In this document: positions 23,242 through 36,002 of the stretch, one piece after another | Position numbering within the stretch: position 1 is the first letter of the stretch | Layout of the letters: each line of letters starts with the position of its first letter | DNA from: Camelus ferus | Taxonomy: Eukaryota | Assembly (NCBI RefSeq): GCF_009834535.1 | Contig: NC_045696.1 | Coordinates: forward strand, 39,496,001-39,560,000 | DNA length: 64,000 nt | Direction: 5' to 3' | Position numbers and translations under genes: made by a program | The notes under the pieces: model-generated | Database searches by the model: none | What the model was told of the DNA's origin: nothing | The model's input: only the letters and a program-made list of their open reading frames with translations

Positions 23242-26200
23242 AATGTGGTAACTGAAATTTGAATCGTTTGGGGGAACTGGTATTGTTTAACTAAACATGG
23301 TAATTAACTGAAATTTGTGTATATCAAAGTCCATGAAATGGAAGAACTGCGTGTGTTTACTTTTGAACTGATTGTCTAGGTCCATAATTTATAAATCCAT
23401 ACCATGAAGGACCATAAAGCAAAGAAAATAGGTTCTCAGCTGAATTAGCAGCATCTTGGTAAAAATTCTATCATTTCATTAACCAATATTCTTGAAATAC
23501 TTGATATTTGTTTCCTTGCTTACTTTCAGTGAATAACTGGCTGCTGAGAGAATCACATTTAAAATGTCCGAATATAGAAAGTGGTTTGTGGCAGAGACAA
23601 CTAGTTTTCCACTGAAAGTCCATTCTCCCCTTCTTCCTTTGTTGATAGTTCTCCAGGTTTTGGTGGGGCAAACAGCTGCCTCACTAAAGACTCCATTCCC
23701 GCCCTCTCCTGAAGCTTATGGCCAGACTCTGGCCAGTGGGATGTGAGCACAGCTATTCCTCTGGGCCACTTCTAGGTTTGTCCTTAAAAGGAATGGATGT
23801 GTTCTTCCCTGGCCTTTTCTCACTGGCTGGGATACAGATGTGAGCCAGGAAGTGGAGCAGCTATTTTGAACTCAGAATGGAATATGTGTGTTGAGTGTAC
23901 TATCTCTGGATAGTTATATCAGAGAGAATCAACTTCAATTTGTTTTAGTCACTACATTTTGAGGTCTTTTGTTCCAGACAGTTAAGTCTAACCTAAAAAA
24001 ATAACATGGATGGTGTCCTGTTGGGAAATAAACAATAGCCTATCAGAATAATACAAAGATTTATATACATCACACTGAAGAGTTAATGAATTCTCCTCCC
24101 TTCCAATTCTAATCTAAAAAGAATAAGAGAAAACCAGAAGACTCTAAGTTTAATCCCCTTCTGAGAATAAGTTGAGCAGAACATGCTGAAGACAATTAAT
24201 GATATAATGAAGCCACTATAGATAGGATGGTAAACTCTGCCACTTTTACAAAGTGGATTTGGTGTTTCAGATTTATCAGTTACTTTGCACCAAGGCCGTG
24301 AGCCTCTGTTCCTAGTAATCAGACATGCTGGGATAGACTGCCAATAACTAAATTGAATTTCCAGGAGCTGCTGAGATCTTATGAGAGACAGTTACCTGGC
24401 AATATTTATATAATTCTTTTTGTAACAAAGTAAATTTAGGATAGGGTTAATTAGTTAAGTCATTGACCTTGAAATAATTTATTCCAATATAGTTCTTAAA
24501 TTGCACATCTTGAAATGTGGCTCTTTTGTAACGAACAGATTAAAAAGGTCTGATTCAACGCCTACAAATGTGTAGGACTCATGTGTATACACTAGAGGGC
24601 ACTCACCTCCTATTTTCTTTTTGAACAAAATTTATAATATGGTTTTCAAACAAGTGTGTGAAAGAATCAGCTCAGAATCTTCTTTAAAATGTATACCCTT
24701 AGGCTATGAAGGGGCCTGTGAATCTGCATTTTGTTAAGAGTCTATAAGGGAGCGTGGTTGAGAGGCTGGCTTGTGGAGCCTGATTGCTAGGGTTTGAAAC
24801 CAGGCTTTGCCACTTGTGAACTTAAATAATTATTTAACTGCAATGGGCCATGGTTTCCTTATTTATCAGATGAAGTTAGAAATAACACCTGCCTCTTAGG
24901 ATTGCTGTAATGACTAAAAGAGTTAGCCCAGAACATACTAGTTCCTGGCAATAAAGATTCACTCCTTTCTTATTTTTTAAGAAAGTCGTTCATTAATTTT
25001 GTTGCAGGGTGACTTGAGGACCACCCTTGAGAAACACAGGACTGTTTAAAAAAGAAAAATGGAGATATTCTCAGTATTCTACCCAGCCAGGCTAAGACTT
25101 CAGGTTCTGACCCCCAGCTGGAGTGATAGCAGAATGGCAGGAACTGAAGTTGCAGGGTGGAGAACAGAGCACAAAGAGGCTGGTCTTTATATGTTCTGTC
25201 AGAGAGCTTGTACTTTATTCAGAAGTCAGTGGAAATTCTTCTAAGGCATTAAGGCAGAAGATGGCATGATCAGACTTACGTGAGATGATCACTCTGCAGG
25301 CAGAGCCGGGGACAGAATATGAGGGGTGAGGCTGGAGGTAGATGGTTGGCGAAGCTCAGGTTGATACAGTGCTCTTCCTTTTCCATCCTAAGGAATGGAC
25401 TCCAGAAAGCATTACAATTATTCACATTAGTGATTCCAGTATTAACAATTTGGACCTTATAAATTCTTTCTTCTTAGGTCAAAATAGAGTTGAGTTTATG
25501 ATGAAACTCTGCCCCCACCCTGTTCCATGCTTTACATACACTGTAGAGTTCATAGTAGCAAGCAGGCATCCTCCCTAGGTTTTGAGGCAGCCAGTCCTGC
25601 AAGTAGTCTTGTGAGCTATGCACTCACTATGTAAAAACTGAACTGCTGTCCACAGCACCAGAAGCTGAGAGGGGGGCACAGTCTGCATCTTGACTGGTGA
25701 TCCTGTGGAGGTTGGGGTAGATTTCCAGGAACTGTGGCAGCTTTGAAGTGTCTGACCTACAAGATACTGAAATAAACTTCAGTTCTGCTCTATCACATCT
25801 GCAGCCGGAATGGGAGGAGCTGCCGGGGGGGTGGGAGAGGGTGGAGGAGGAGGAGGAGAGAGCTAAGGTCACACTGTCTTCATTTGCCTAAATTCACCAA
25901 CATGGTTCTGCTGCCATCAAATCAGCAGGGTCAGCGGTGCTAGGGAAAATAGCTACGTGAGTCTTTAGTTCCTGAGAGGTGACTGTGAATGCTTTTACAA
26001 GAAAAGAATCCATCCCTGGGATCCCCCTCTGCCAGGGTCAGTTCCCACTTGTGCACTCAGCCAAGTCTTATACGTAAATCACCCACTTATCTAGTCACTG
26101 AGTTTCTTAGAAACATATCTGTTTCTAAGCCTCTCAAAACATGCAAAATGTAAGCAGATAAAACAGCTCTTCCCTCTGCTGTTAAGATTTCAGAATCACA

Positions 26201-27689
26201 AGATACTATCCTAGACTGTTTAGAGCTAGAAAGAATCTAATCCAGTGGTTTTCAAATTTGTTTTAGTATCAGATTCCTTCAAATGAAATTTTAGTAAGAA
26301 ATTCAAACAAAATAAGAGCAGAAAGCAGAGCTGCTTCTATTGAAGAGAACTTCTGGCTGGCAGTGCTCCTCCTGTTTGTCATACCTCCTACACCCTATCA
26401 TGTGAGGTAATTCTTCGAATGCCTGGAACTTAGAGGAGCAAAATCTGAAAGTCATGATTAAACCAATTCTTCCATTTTACAGAGGGCAAAAGTGAGCCCC
26501 AGAGAGTTAGTAATTATTTGACTAGCGTGTAAAAGCAATTGGGAGATGCAGAGAAATAAAATTGAAGATGGTTGTTCAAATTCATGGTAGAGGATAGAGT
26601 TTGGAAAGGATTTTCTCAATGGTTTCTTCAGAGTTGGATCAGTGAGTCAAGAAGAACAAGACAAACTGGAATGTGTGAGGGGCAAGAAGAAGGTTTAATT
26701 TAGATCCAGAGTAGGATTTCCAATAGAAAGAGGTGCAAACTTTGGAACTTTGAAATCTCTGGCCCAGAATTTGTTCAATGTAGCAAAGCTGCTTATCTGT
26801 CTAGAGAGAATCAAAGGTACTTTTAATTACAGTCCCGCATTGTGGTGAAGACCTTCAGTCCTGCCAACCGTTAGTCATCATCATCCTTGGCATTATCAGA
26901 CATCCATTACAGGTCTTTACAAGTTTAACCCAGGGCTACTTTACCCCACTGGATATGGTTTGTGCAGATCAATAGTTTAGACAGGCAACAACATGGCAAT
27001 TTCCTGATGACTCACAGGAGAAAAATACCCAACCTTTCTTGCTTCTGTTTCTGCATTTAAAAAATCAAACTCACAACTTAACCTGGTCCAGGAAATGTCT
27101 GCCCACATGACTTGGTTCACTGTTGTGCTCAGCAACTTCTGTTGTTAACTTACATCACTGAATCTCTGTTCCTCACCTGTAAGGTGGAGATAATGAGAAA
27201 GATTTCTCTGTATTTGTGTGAATAAAAGAAATTAGATACATGAGCTGTTTAGCACAGTGCCTGGCACATGGCACATAGTGTTTTCTCTGACATGGATCTC
27301 TGATAGACCAAGGTCAAATTAATAAGAATTTGAAACAAGTTAAATTTCTCTTTAAGTATCCTCCTGTATTTTAGAATCTGTTCTAATTTCTGGGTTCTGT
27401 TAATTTTTTTTTTTCTTCCCTTTTCCTCTTCCTTTTTCTTTTTTATTCTGGAATACAATGATCAACTTTCATTAGTGTGTAATCAAAATGTGTAGTTTGT
27501 CTTTAGCCACACAATTTTTAGGATTGCTTTCCCTTAGACATTCACAGCAGAGGTGCTTGTTTCTCATGCCTCTTTCGTCTCTAGATGGTTAGAGAACATT
27601 TTTAATTTTTAGTTAATACATTCTATAGTATTGGTCAAGGAAAATATCTCTGGAAATGAGCATATAATCAATCCAGGACAGCTGAAATG

Positions 27690-28015
27690 AACCCACATTA
27701 TTCAAGTGGAAATTCTAGGACTGAAAAGTTCAGTATCTGAAGTGAAAAATTCAATGGACAGGCTTAACAACGGATTGAAGATTTCAGAAGAAAGTTATTG
27801 AACTTGAAGACAAATCAATAGAAATTATTCAACCTGAATAACAGAGAAGAGAAAAATGATTGAAATAAGAATGGAAAGAGTCTCAGTGACCTGTGGGATA
27901 ATATCAAGAGATCTATATATCTTTGTAGTCATGGGAGGGAGGCCCCTAGGGGGACTGAGTGGTACAGAAAAAATATTTGAGGAAATAATGACCCCAACCT
28001 TCCCAAATTTGCTAA

Positions 28016-28048
<33 letters not shown>

Positions 28049-28450
28049 AAAACCAGTTCATAATTATAAGAAACTTAGCAAATGCCAGTTAACAAAGTGA
28101 GATAAATACAAAGAAAACCACATACTGAAACATTAGCATCAAACTGACTATAATAAGCACCAAAGATAAAGTCTGGGGGAAAAAGCAGTAATAAAGTACA
28201 ATACAAAGGGGAATGTAATGTAGATAATGGCTAACTTCTAAAAAAGGCCAGAAGACAATGGATTTATATAGTCCTGAAAGAAAAAAATCTACCAATACAG
28301 GTATCTTTTTCTATATATCTGTGTCTATTCTATATCCAATGAACATATTCCTGAAAAATCAGGGTAAAATAAAGACATTTTCAGATGAAAACAAGCTGAA
28401 AGAATTAATCACTATTAGACTATCAAAGACTACTCTTTCTTTCATTAATT
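27690..28450 (+). mobile_element. Decayed L1 ORF1 region with an (ACA)n tract near 28018-28047
   Basis: Residual ORF1p-like phrases (EKIFEEIM..FPNL; KNQGKIKTFSD) broken by stops. Confidence 0.7.
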
Positions 28451-29859
28451 AAAAATGTAACTGCTTAAAGAAAAATAACTTTAAAGAATCATATGGTATT
28501 CCTGTTTTTTCTGATTTATGTATTCTTTGTGAAGGTAAAAATTTTTTTTACTTCACAGTAAGCATTTCTTTCTGGCCTGAAAAGCCTTAATATTTTCTTA
28601 TCATCTAATCTTATAATAAAGTCAGTCATAGACCCGTAAAATAAACAAACAAACAAATAAATAACCTTGTTCTATTGTTTTTTAACATACTATATGTTTT
28701 ATATATATATATATGTATGTATTTGACAACAGTAGCAGAAAGAATAAGGGAGGAGTTATATGGGGTTATGTTATTTTAATGTTCTTAACTTTACATATAA
28801 AGCATTGCAATATTATCTCTAAATAGACTGTAATAATTACAGAATGGATAATGTAATTACTAGACTATCACGTAAAAAAGCCAAAGAGGTACAGCTAAAG
28901 ATGCAGGAATTAAGATAGAATACTGAAATTTTTGATTAATTCAAAAGAGGGAATCAAAGGTTAGAATAACTGAACCTACATTAAACAAACAACAACAACA
29001 AAACCCCCAGCAATATGGCCTTTCCTGGTCATCACAGCTAGGAAGGACCTACTCCCTTTTCTGAACACCCTAACCATTCTCACAGAATTTTTTTCACATT
29101 ATACTTAGCATAACAGTTACTAGTTTACTTTTTCCCTCTTAGAAGATAAATATCCTTTGAGGATGAGGACCATGGTCAAATGTAAGAAGAGATGAAAACT
29201 GCCGACGTGCAGATTCACTAGCGATTCAGCTTAAGTTTCTTCTGGATGTCTACTATTCTTCTATGTGAATTTAAAAAAGAGTAGCAGAGAGTAAGTTTGA
29301 GTAATCTTTACAAGTTCTTGTCATATTTCAAATAAATTTTTTGTCCCACTGGCCAACTGGCTTAATCATTTCTACATGGTGCCAACTGATGAAGAGGTCA
29401 CACAAACTATACCTAACCCAGATGGCAAAGAGTTTTCTTGTGGTTGAGGGTCATCTCCAACTAATTGGTTGTAAGGCCAGATCACCCTCAGCAGTGAAGA
29501 CTGTCATAAATGGAAATGTGTGGGGGAAGTAATAGCACACCTAGTGTGTAACCATGAACTGATTTAGAGTGTCATGACATTAATGGTTACTGTGACCACG
29601 TTCCTGGATTTTCCAGAACAATCCCATAAATACATTCTGAGTTATCAGATAATGTGTCCAAATTTGAGGTTCAGAGAATAGGATTATCATATTTATGGTA
29701 ATATTATTAACATAAATTAACATGGAGATTCCTAAAAAAACTCTTCTTAAAAGCTCATTGATTCTTCCTAAAGCTTACCAAGAAGAAAATTTAACCTAAA
29801 GTCATAATCAAATGTTTTAGACTTTGAGAAAATCAGAAAAATTCAAAATTACAACTATC

Positions 29860-30180
29860 TACAGAGCAACTACTGATGAGAATGACCTGAAGACTAGCAG
29901 AAAGGATCTTCTACATCGAGACGGGTAAGAGGGGCAGAGAAGTGATAGTCTCCAGACCCACACCCCTGGGTAGGCAGCTCACGAATGGAAAGATAATCAC
30001 AATTGCAGAGGTTTTCCGCAAGGAGCTAGGAGTCTGAGCCCCACCTGGGGATCCCTAGCCTAGGGGATTTGCAGAACAGATCTTGCAGGATGAGCCCCCA
30101 GAACAGTTGGCTTGGAAGGCCAGTGGGTTTGCTTTTGGTAAAGCTAGAGGATTATAGGAAACAGAGACTCTACTCTTAAA
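29860..30180 (+). mobile_element. L1 5' UTR-like fragment
   Basis: gagaatgacctgaagactagcagaa...gagtctgagccccac resembles old L1M 5' ends. Confidence 0.5.
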
Positions 30181-30817
30181 AGAAAAGAAAAGAAAAGAAA
30201 AAACAACCCATAAAAATGGAACCATAGATGAACCTGGCAATTTGGTTACTTTTGTTATAAGGGAATCTGCCAACTGTGGAAGAGAAAAATAAGTTGAGCA
30301 GAGTTTTTGATACCGTCATTTGGATGGAGGACAAAAGCTAAATAACAGGGCCAACCAAAGGATGGGGGAGTGGTCCTGGAAAATACTCCAGTACTTTGGG
30401 TTCATAAAAGGCTAAACCATAAGAGTATGGAGATTAAGAGAGCCTAGTTTTATAATATCTCAATCCCTGGTATTATACCAAAGTGATCTCTCATTGCTAG
30501 TAGTTCTAGACATTCTTTAGACAAATTTAAATTCACATAAGAAGAATTCAAAAGCCTTATGAATCCCATGCAGGGTAAAAAAATTTTTTTAATCTAACCA
30601 CATAATAGTAAATTGATGAAAATGAAAGAGAAAATATTAAAAACAACAAATAAAAGTGAGATTACCTCCAAAAGGGCAACAATTCAACCAGAAGCTGACT
30701 TAGTAATACAAATAATGACATCCAGAGCACACTGAAATGATCTGTAGCCTTCTGAAAAACAAATACTGCCAATCTAGAATTCTACATCGAGCAAAATACC
30801 CTTCAAGAAAGGAGACT

Positions 30818-31390
30818 GAATGATTTTCTATTGCTGTGTAACAAATTACCACAAACTTAATGGCTTCAAACAATACCATTTTCAATTGCTGTATGTCAGA
30901 AGTCTATGCACAGCTTAACTGGATGCTCAGATCAAGGTCCCCACAGGGCTGAAATCAAGTTTTTCCCAGCCTGTATTCTCATTTGAAGGCTCATCTAGGG
31001 AAGGATCGCCTTCTAATTTCCCTCAGGGTTTTGGCAGAATTAATTTTCTACCAACTGGAGACACCATGACAGCTTGCTTCTTCATAGTTAGCTACAGAGA
31101 GTCTGCTGCTTCAAGTCTCTGACCTCTGGACTCTTTTTTTAAGTGGCTTATGTGATTAGGTCAGAGCCAGCCAGAACAATCTTCCTTTTAATGAACTTAA
31201 AGTCAATTGATTAGGGACTTTAATTACCTTTGCAAAATTCTTCACCTTTTGCCATATAACAGACTCTAACCAAAAAAGTGGCATCCTGTCAACTTTTCCA
31301 TATTCTGTTGGTTAGAAGCAAGACATAGGTTCTATTTGTACTCAAGGAAATGGCTTTATACAAGGGAAAGACTCACCAGGGATCACTTTA
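30818..31390. mobile_element. MaLR (MLT1-type) LTR inserted in an L1 relic
   Basis: ttctattgctgtgtaacaaattaccacaaacttaatggct terminus; tgattaggtcag; L1 ORF1-like sequence on both sides. Confidence 0.7.
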
Positions 31391-32224
31391 GAGTGCACTG
31401 AAGCAAAATAAAGACATTTTCAAACAAATGAAAACTGAAATGTATTCTTCATGTAGAAAAAAAGATGTTTTCTATATGAAAACCTGGACACGCAGGAAGG
31501 AGTGAAAAACATTGAAAAGAATAAATGTACAGATAAATATAAAAGAATATTGACCCTGTAAGATAATTGTAATATCTATGGATAATATATAGAATTAAAA
31601 TGTATGAAACAATAGCAGGTAGGTGGGTTTTAAAGGGCAGTATATGAATTTAGAGTGTTTTAATGTACTTGTATTTTTAAGAAGATATGTAACAAATACA
31701 AAATGTATAACAAGTATACAAATGCAACAAATAATATTAGACTTTGTTGCTGATGTTAATCTCTAAGATAAGCATTAAAATATTTTTTGAAAGTTTAACT
31801 GCCCAACTAATAGAGCATTAAATGGAATAGGAATAATAATAATAATGAAATCAATCTGAAGATGGCAAGAAAGGGAGATCCCAATAAGTTTTTGTTACAG
31901 TTGAAATTGACACGGTGGTTATGTAATTCATATTGAAATGTAAAGAGGTAAGGAAAGCCAGCTCACTGTTAAAGAACATCTCGGGAAAATGTGTTCTACT
32001 GACAATTATTTAAACAGAATTATTAAGTTATTTTAAAACATTAAAAAGTTATGAAAGTTAAAGGAGTGCAGTACTGGCACAAAAAAATGGACCCAAAGAC
32101 CCCTGGAACAGAATAGAAAATGCAGAAACAGACAATGACTAGGTGGACACATAATTATGACAAAAGTGGAGCTGCAGAAAAGTGGGTAAAAAATGGCCTT
32201 TTCAGTAAACAGTGCTGGGTCAAT

Positions 32225-32750
32225 GTATTCATTTTCTGTAGCTGTCGTAACAAATAACCACAAACTCAGCAGCTTAAAACAATACAAATTTATTATCTTA
32301 CAGTTTTTTTTGTTTTGTTTTTTTTTTTTTGGTCAACAGTTCAACACGGGCAGGCCTCACTGGGATAAGATCAAAGAATTGGCAGGACCATGCTTTTTTC
32401 TGGAGGCTCTCAGAAAGAATCTGTCTCTTTGCCCTAGCCAGATTCGTGAGGCCACTCATGTTCCCCACTCAACACTGGCCCATGGCTCCTTCCTCATCTT
32501 CAAAGCCAGCAATGTTGCATCGCTCTGACTCTTCTTCCCTAATTAAAAGTCTCGCTTTGACCACAGCCTGGAAAGATTCTATTTTAGGGATCCATTTGGT
32601 GAGGCTGGGCCCACTCAGAAAATCCAGGATAATCTCCTCACCTCAGAGTCACATCTGCAAAGTCTCTTTTGCCTTGGAAGGTAACATATTCTCAGGTTTC
32701 AGGGGTTAGGACTTGGGTGTGGTTGCCGGGCCATCATTCTGTCCACCACC
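32225..32750. mobile_element. MaLR (MLT1-type) LTR inserted in an L1 relic
   Basis: gctgtcgtaacaaataaccacaaactcagcagcttaaaacaa...cacatctgcaaagtc...ccatcattctgtccaccac. Confidence 0.75.
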
Positions 32751-35019
32751 ATCAACTAGTTACCTGACGTAAAAATCAGAAACTTTTCTTTACCACTCGC
32801 CATACACGAAATCAATTCCAGATAGGCTATAACTCTACATATAAGAGTTTTAAAAAAAAGTTTTTGGAAGGAAATATAGAAGAACAGCCTTGTGATATTG
32901 GGGTAGTGAAGGATTTCATGACCAGTACACAAAACACACTTAAGATTGAGAAACTGATCTAGATTAAAATTAAGAACTTCTTGTCATCAAAAGAGTCTGT
33001 TAAAAGAATGAAATGCAAGCCAGAGAGTGGGAGAAGATATGTGGAACGTGTATCGTCAGTGAAGGGCTGTGTCAAAATTTGGTTTCCCCTGAAAAGCAAA
33101 GCCTGAGAAAAAGACTTGGGTAACAGGAGCTTCTGGTGATCGTCCTGTGTGTTATGCTTCACAATAAGACACGTTAACAACAGTAACAACAAAGGTCTTA
33201 AATGTAATAGCTAATATTTATTAAATGCTTTTTATGTGCTAAACTCTGTTCTAAACATTTTATGTGAATCAACTCAGCTAACACGTAAAACATGCCCCAA
33301 AAGTATGTACCTTTATAACCCCCATTGAGGAGGACACTAAATTACAGTGCAGTTAATGTCCTAAAGCTACTAGGTATGGTTTGTGATGGCAGGGATTGTT
33401 GTCTGTTTTGCCGACTGCTACATTCCCAGTGCCTAGAAAATGCCTCTTATTTGTATAAAGTGGCAAAGACAGGACTCAAACCCATGCTGCCTTTGGGAAA
33501 GCCTACGTTCTGTTAGCATGGTACAGCTAATAATGTTACTCATTTAAAATCTTTTATTCAGGTCCAGGCTGTAAGAATGAAGATAATAAAAATATAGGAA
33601 AATAAAACCTAATACATTTTTTTTTAATTTTAAAAATAAGTATTTTTTTAAATGTTAAAAAATAAAACTAATTTAAAAATATTATCTATCAATCTAGATT
33701 TTTTTGGAGGAAAGGGGGATGGGAGAAACTAAAGGCCTAAAGAATGTTTTAAAATACTTTTCTTCCCCACAAGGTTAAAATCATATTCCCATCATTGCCA
33801 GCCAACATTTTAGTCCTTGAATGTCACAGATTACAGAAACCCACTTTCATAACCCTTCTCCCAACGCCTGAGCCTAATCGCTGCATAGCCATCTCCTGGC
33901 GGAAAGGCACGTTCGTGTTGGCTGCTAGTTCAGTAGTCATGTTTCCAGCCACTAAAGCACGTTAAGCTGAAATCAAAACCAAACACATGTTCCTCTAAGA
34001 AACAGCCAAGGCTTCATGCTAAATACTGAGCATTTCCCCAGCAGTCCAGGAGCCCTAGCACTTCAGGATGCTGATCAAGAATTGTCCAGACTACAGATCA
34101 TGGTGTAAAAGTTTTTTGTTGCTGTTGGTTGTGGTGGTGGTGTGTGTTTGTGTGTGTTTCTGAAACCAATGTAGAAAAGTTCATGTGATGGTCTGCTCTC
34201 AGTTTTAAAAAAATGATTACAGCCTAATTTCGTGTAATAAAGATACTACAGTCTTTTCTGAGAGATCACGATTTCCCTTCTGTTGGACGATGGCCAGGTT
34301 GTTTTCAGTAGACAAGAGAAATATTCAAAAGTAGTGTTTATGTTTTTTCAATGAAACATGCATTTAAGTAAACCACAGATCAATATTTGTCAATTGAAGG
34401 TATGGAAGTGGCTGTTATAGTGACTTTAGATACACGATCTTGGCACTTGTGATAATGTCTCCAGAGAAACTATGCAGTCTAAAATACCAATGTATTCCTA
34501 CTCTTTGTGCAGTTAATTTTCTGTGAAATATGTTTGTGTATCTATCCATTATCATATCAAATCACAATGCCTACTTATTGCTATTTCCTTAAGCCTATTA
34601 AATGATTTATATTTTCCTAGTTCATATATAGTGATTTTTTTTATTCAGTCACAAAACCCATATTTATTTTGAAAGCTATAATTACACATACTCTTACTAG
34701 AATTATATATAATAAAGTTCCAGCCTATAGGGAACAATTAGACCCTACAGACTGGAACTTTATTACTTACAAAGTTCCGTATCTGAAGAACCAAAGAACA
34801 AATTTCAAATATACACAGAATCAATTGTTATTTATCAAATTTTATATTTTGTTTACTGTATTTTCCCTTTTTTGATATAACAGAGTCCATAAGTATAACT
34901 AAATGTATTTTAACTATTTATATCCTTATAGGTTTTTTCATATTCTTACATAAATAAATCAGGAAAAGAAACCATTTATTTGAATACAATGGGATTATTG
35001 GCACATTGGAAAAAGCCTG

Positions 35020-35172
35020 GATTTTTGGAGTCAAACAGAGATGAGTTCAAATTCAGACTTGGCCACTAATTAGCTGTATGACCATTGGTGGGTGACTTGA
35101 CCTCTCTTAGATCGTATTTTTCACCTTCCTAAGAAGGAATAATAACATCTGCTTTGCGGGGTTGTTGTAAAG
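35020..35172. mobile_element. MIR SINE
   Basis: ggagtcaaacag..gagttcaaatt..ccactaattagctgtatgacc. Confidence 0.7.
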
Positions 35173-35901
35173 AATTTTTACCCACTCGTTTCATCAACAT
35201 TTAAGCATTTCTAAATCCTATTACTTCACAACAAAAATACTGAAATAAATAAACCTCTCTTTCAGTTATGCTACAGTTTATCAATATCTCAAAAATGTGG
35301 CTCCAGAATTAAATACATATGATAAAATGTTAGACAAAAAGCTCAAGTTTTTGTTTACCTTTGTTACTATGTAGCACTTATCAGGTACTTCGGGAAGTGC
35401 TAGGTAAGTGTGTGTTGGATGGGTGGACCCTGCAAACAAGACTCACTGCAGAGTTACAATAGGACTAGTTATCTCCTGTGGTCTGGTCACTAAAAAGAAT
35501 TATTGAAAACTGAATTGCAGCCTTGAGGCTTCGGAAGAGGCTCACCTCCACCATCCTTCACTATATAGCAAAAAGAAAACCTGGTCGGACCCAAATGAGA
35601 TCAATGAAATCACCAGCAGTGGATCTGGAAGCTGATCTAAGATGAGTTGGTCATTTGGAAGCCTGTGACTGTCCATTCCTGGGCTCAATGCTGGAAAAAC
35701 AACTTAGCCTGTCTTAAAAGCAGGCACAGGGACACAGGCATGCAAAAGGCACTATCAAAGCTCAAATGCCTGAGACAGTAACCTAGATGAAAATTCTGTG
35801 TTGGCGTTCAGAAGATACAGTGAATCTAAGATTGGCCTCGACATGTACCACACCCTGTACCTGAAGGTGAAGGGGAACATATCTGAAAACAGGCAGATTC
35901 T

Positions 35902-36002
35902 TCTTTTATTTTTTTTTTTTTAAATGGAGGTACTGGGGACTGAATCCAGGACCTCATGCATGCTAAGCATGCACTCTACCACTGAGCTATGCCCTCCCCT
36001 CG
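35902..36002 (-). mobile_element. Short tRNA-derived SINE (camelid Vic-type)
   Basis: Minus strand GGGGAGGGCATAGCTCAGTGGTAGAGTGCATGCTTAGCATGCATGAGGTCCTGGATTCAGTCCCCAGTACCTCC plus A tail; 13-bp TSD ACA(G/A)GCAGATTCT at 35889-35901 and 36003-36015. Confidence 0.88.

Noticed and set aside
35902..36002. Possible tRNA gene
   Set aside because: Poly(A) tail, TSD and a mismatched acceptor stem indicate a SINE.
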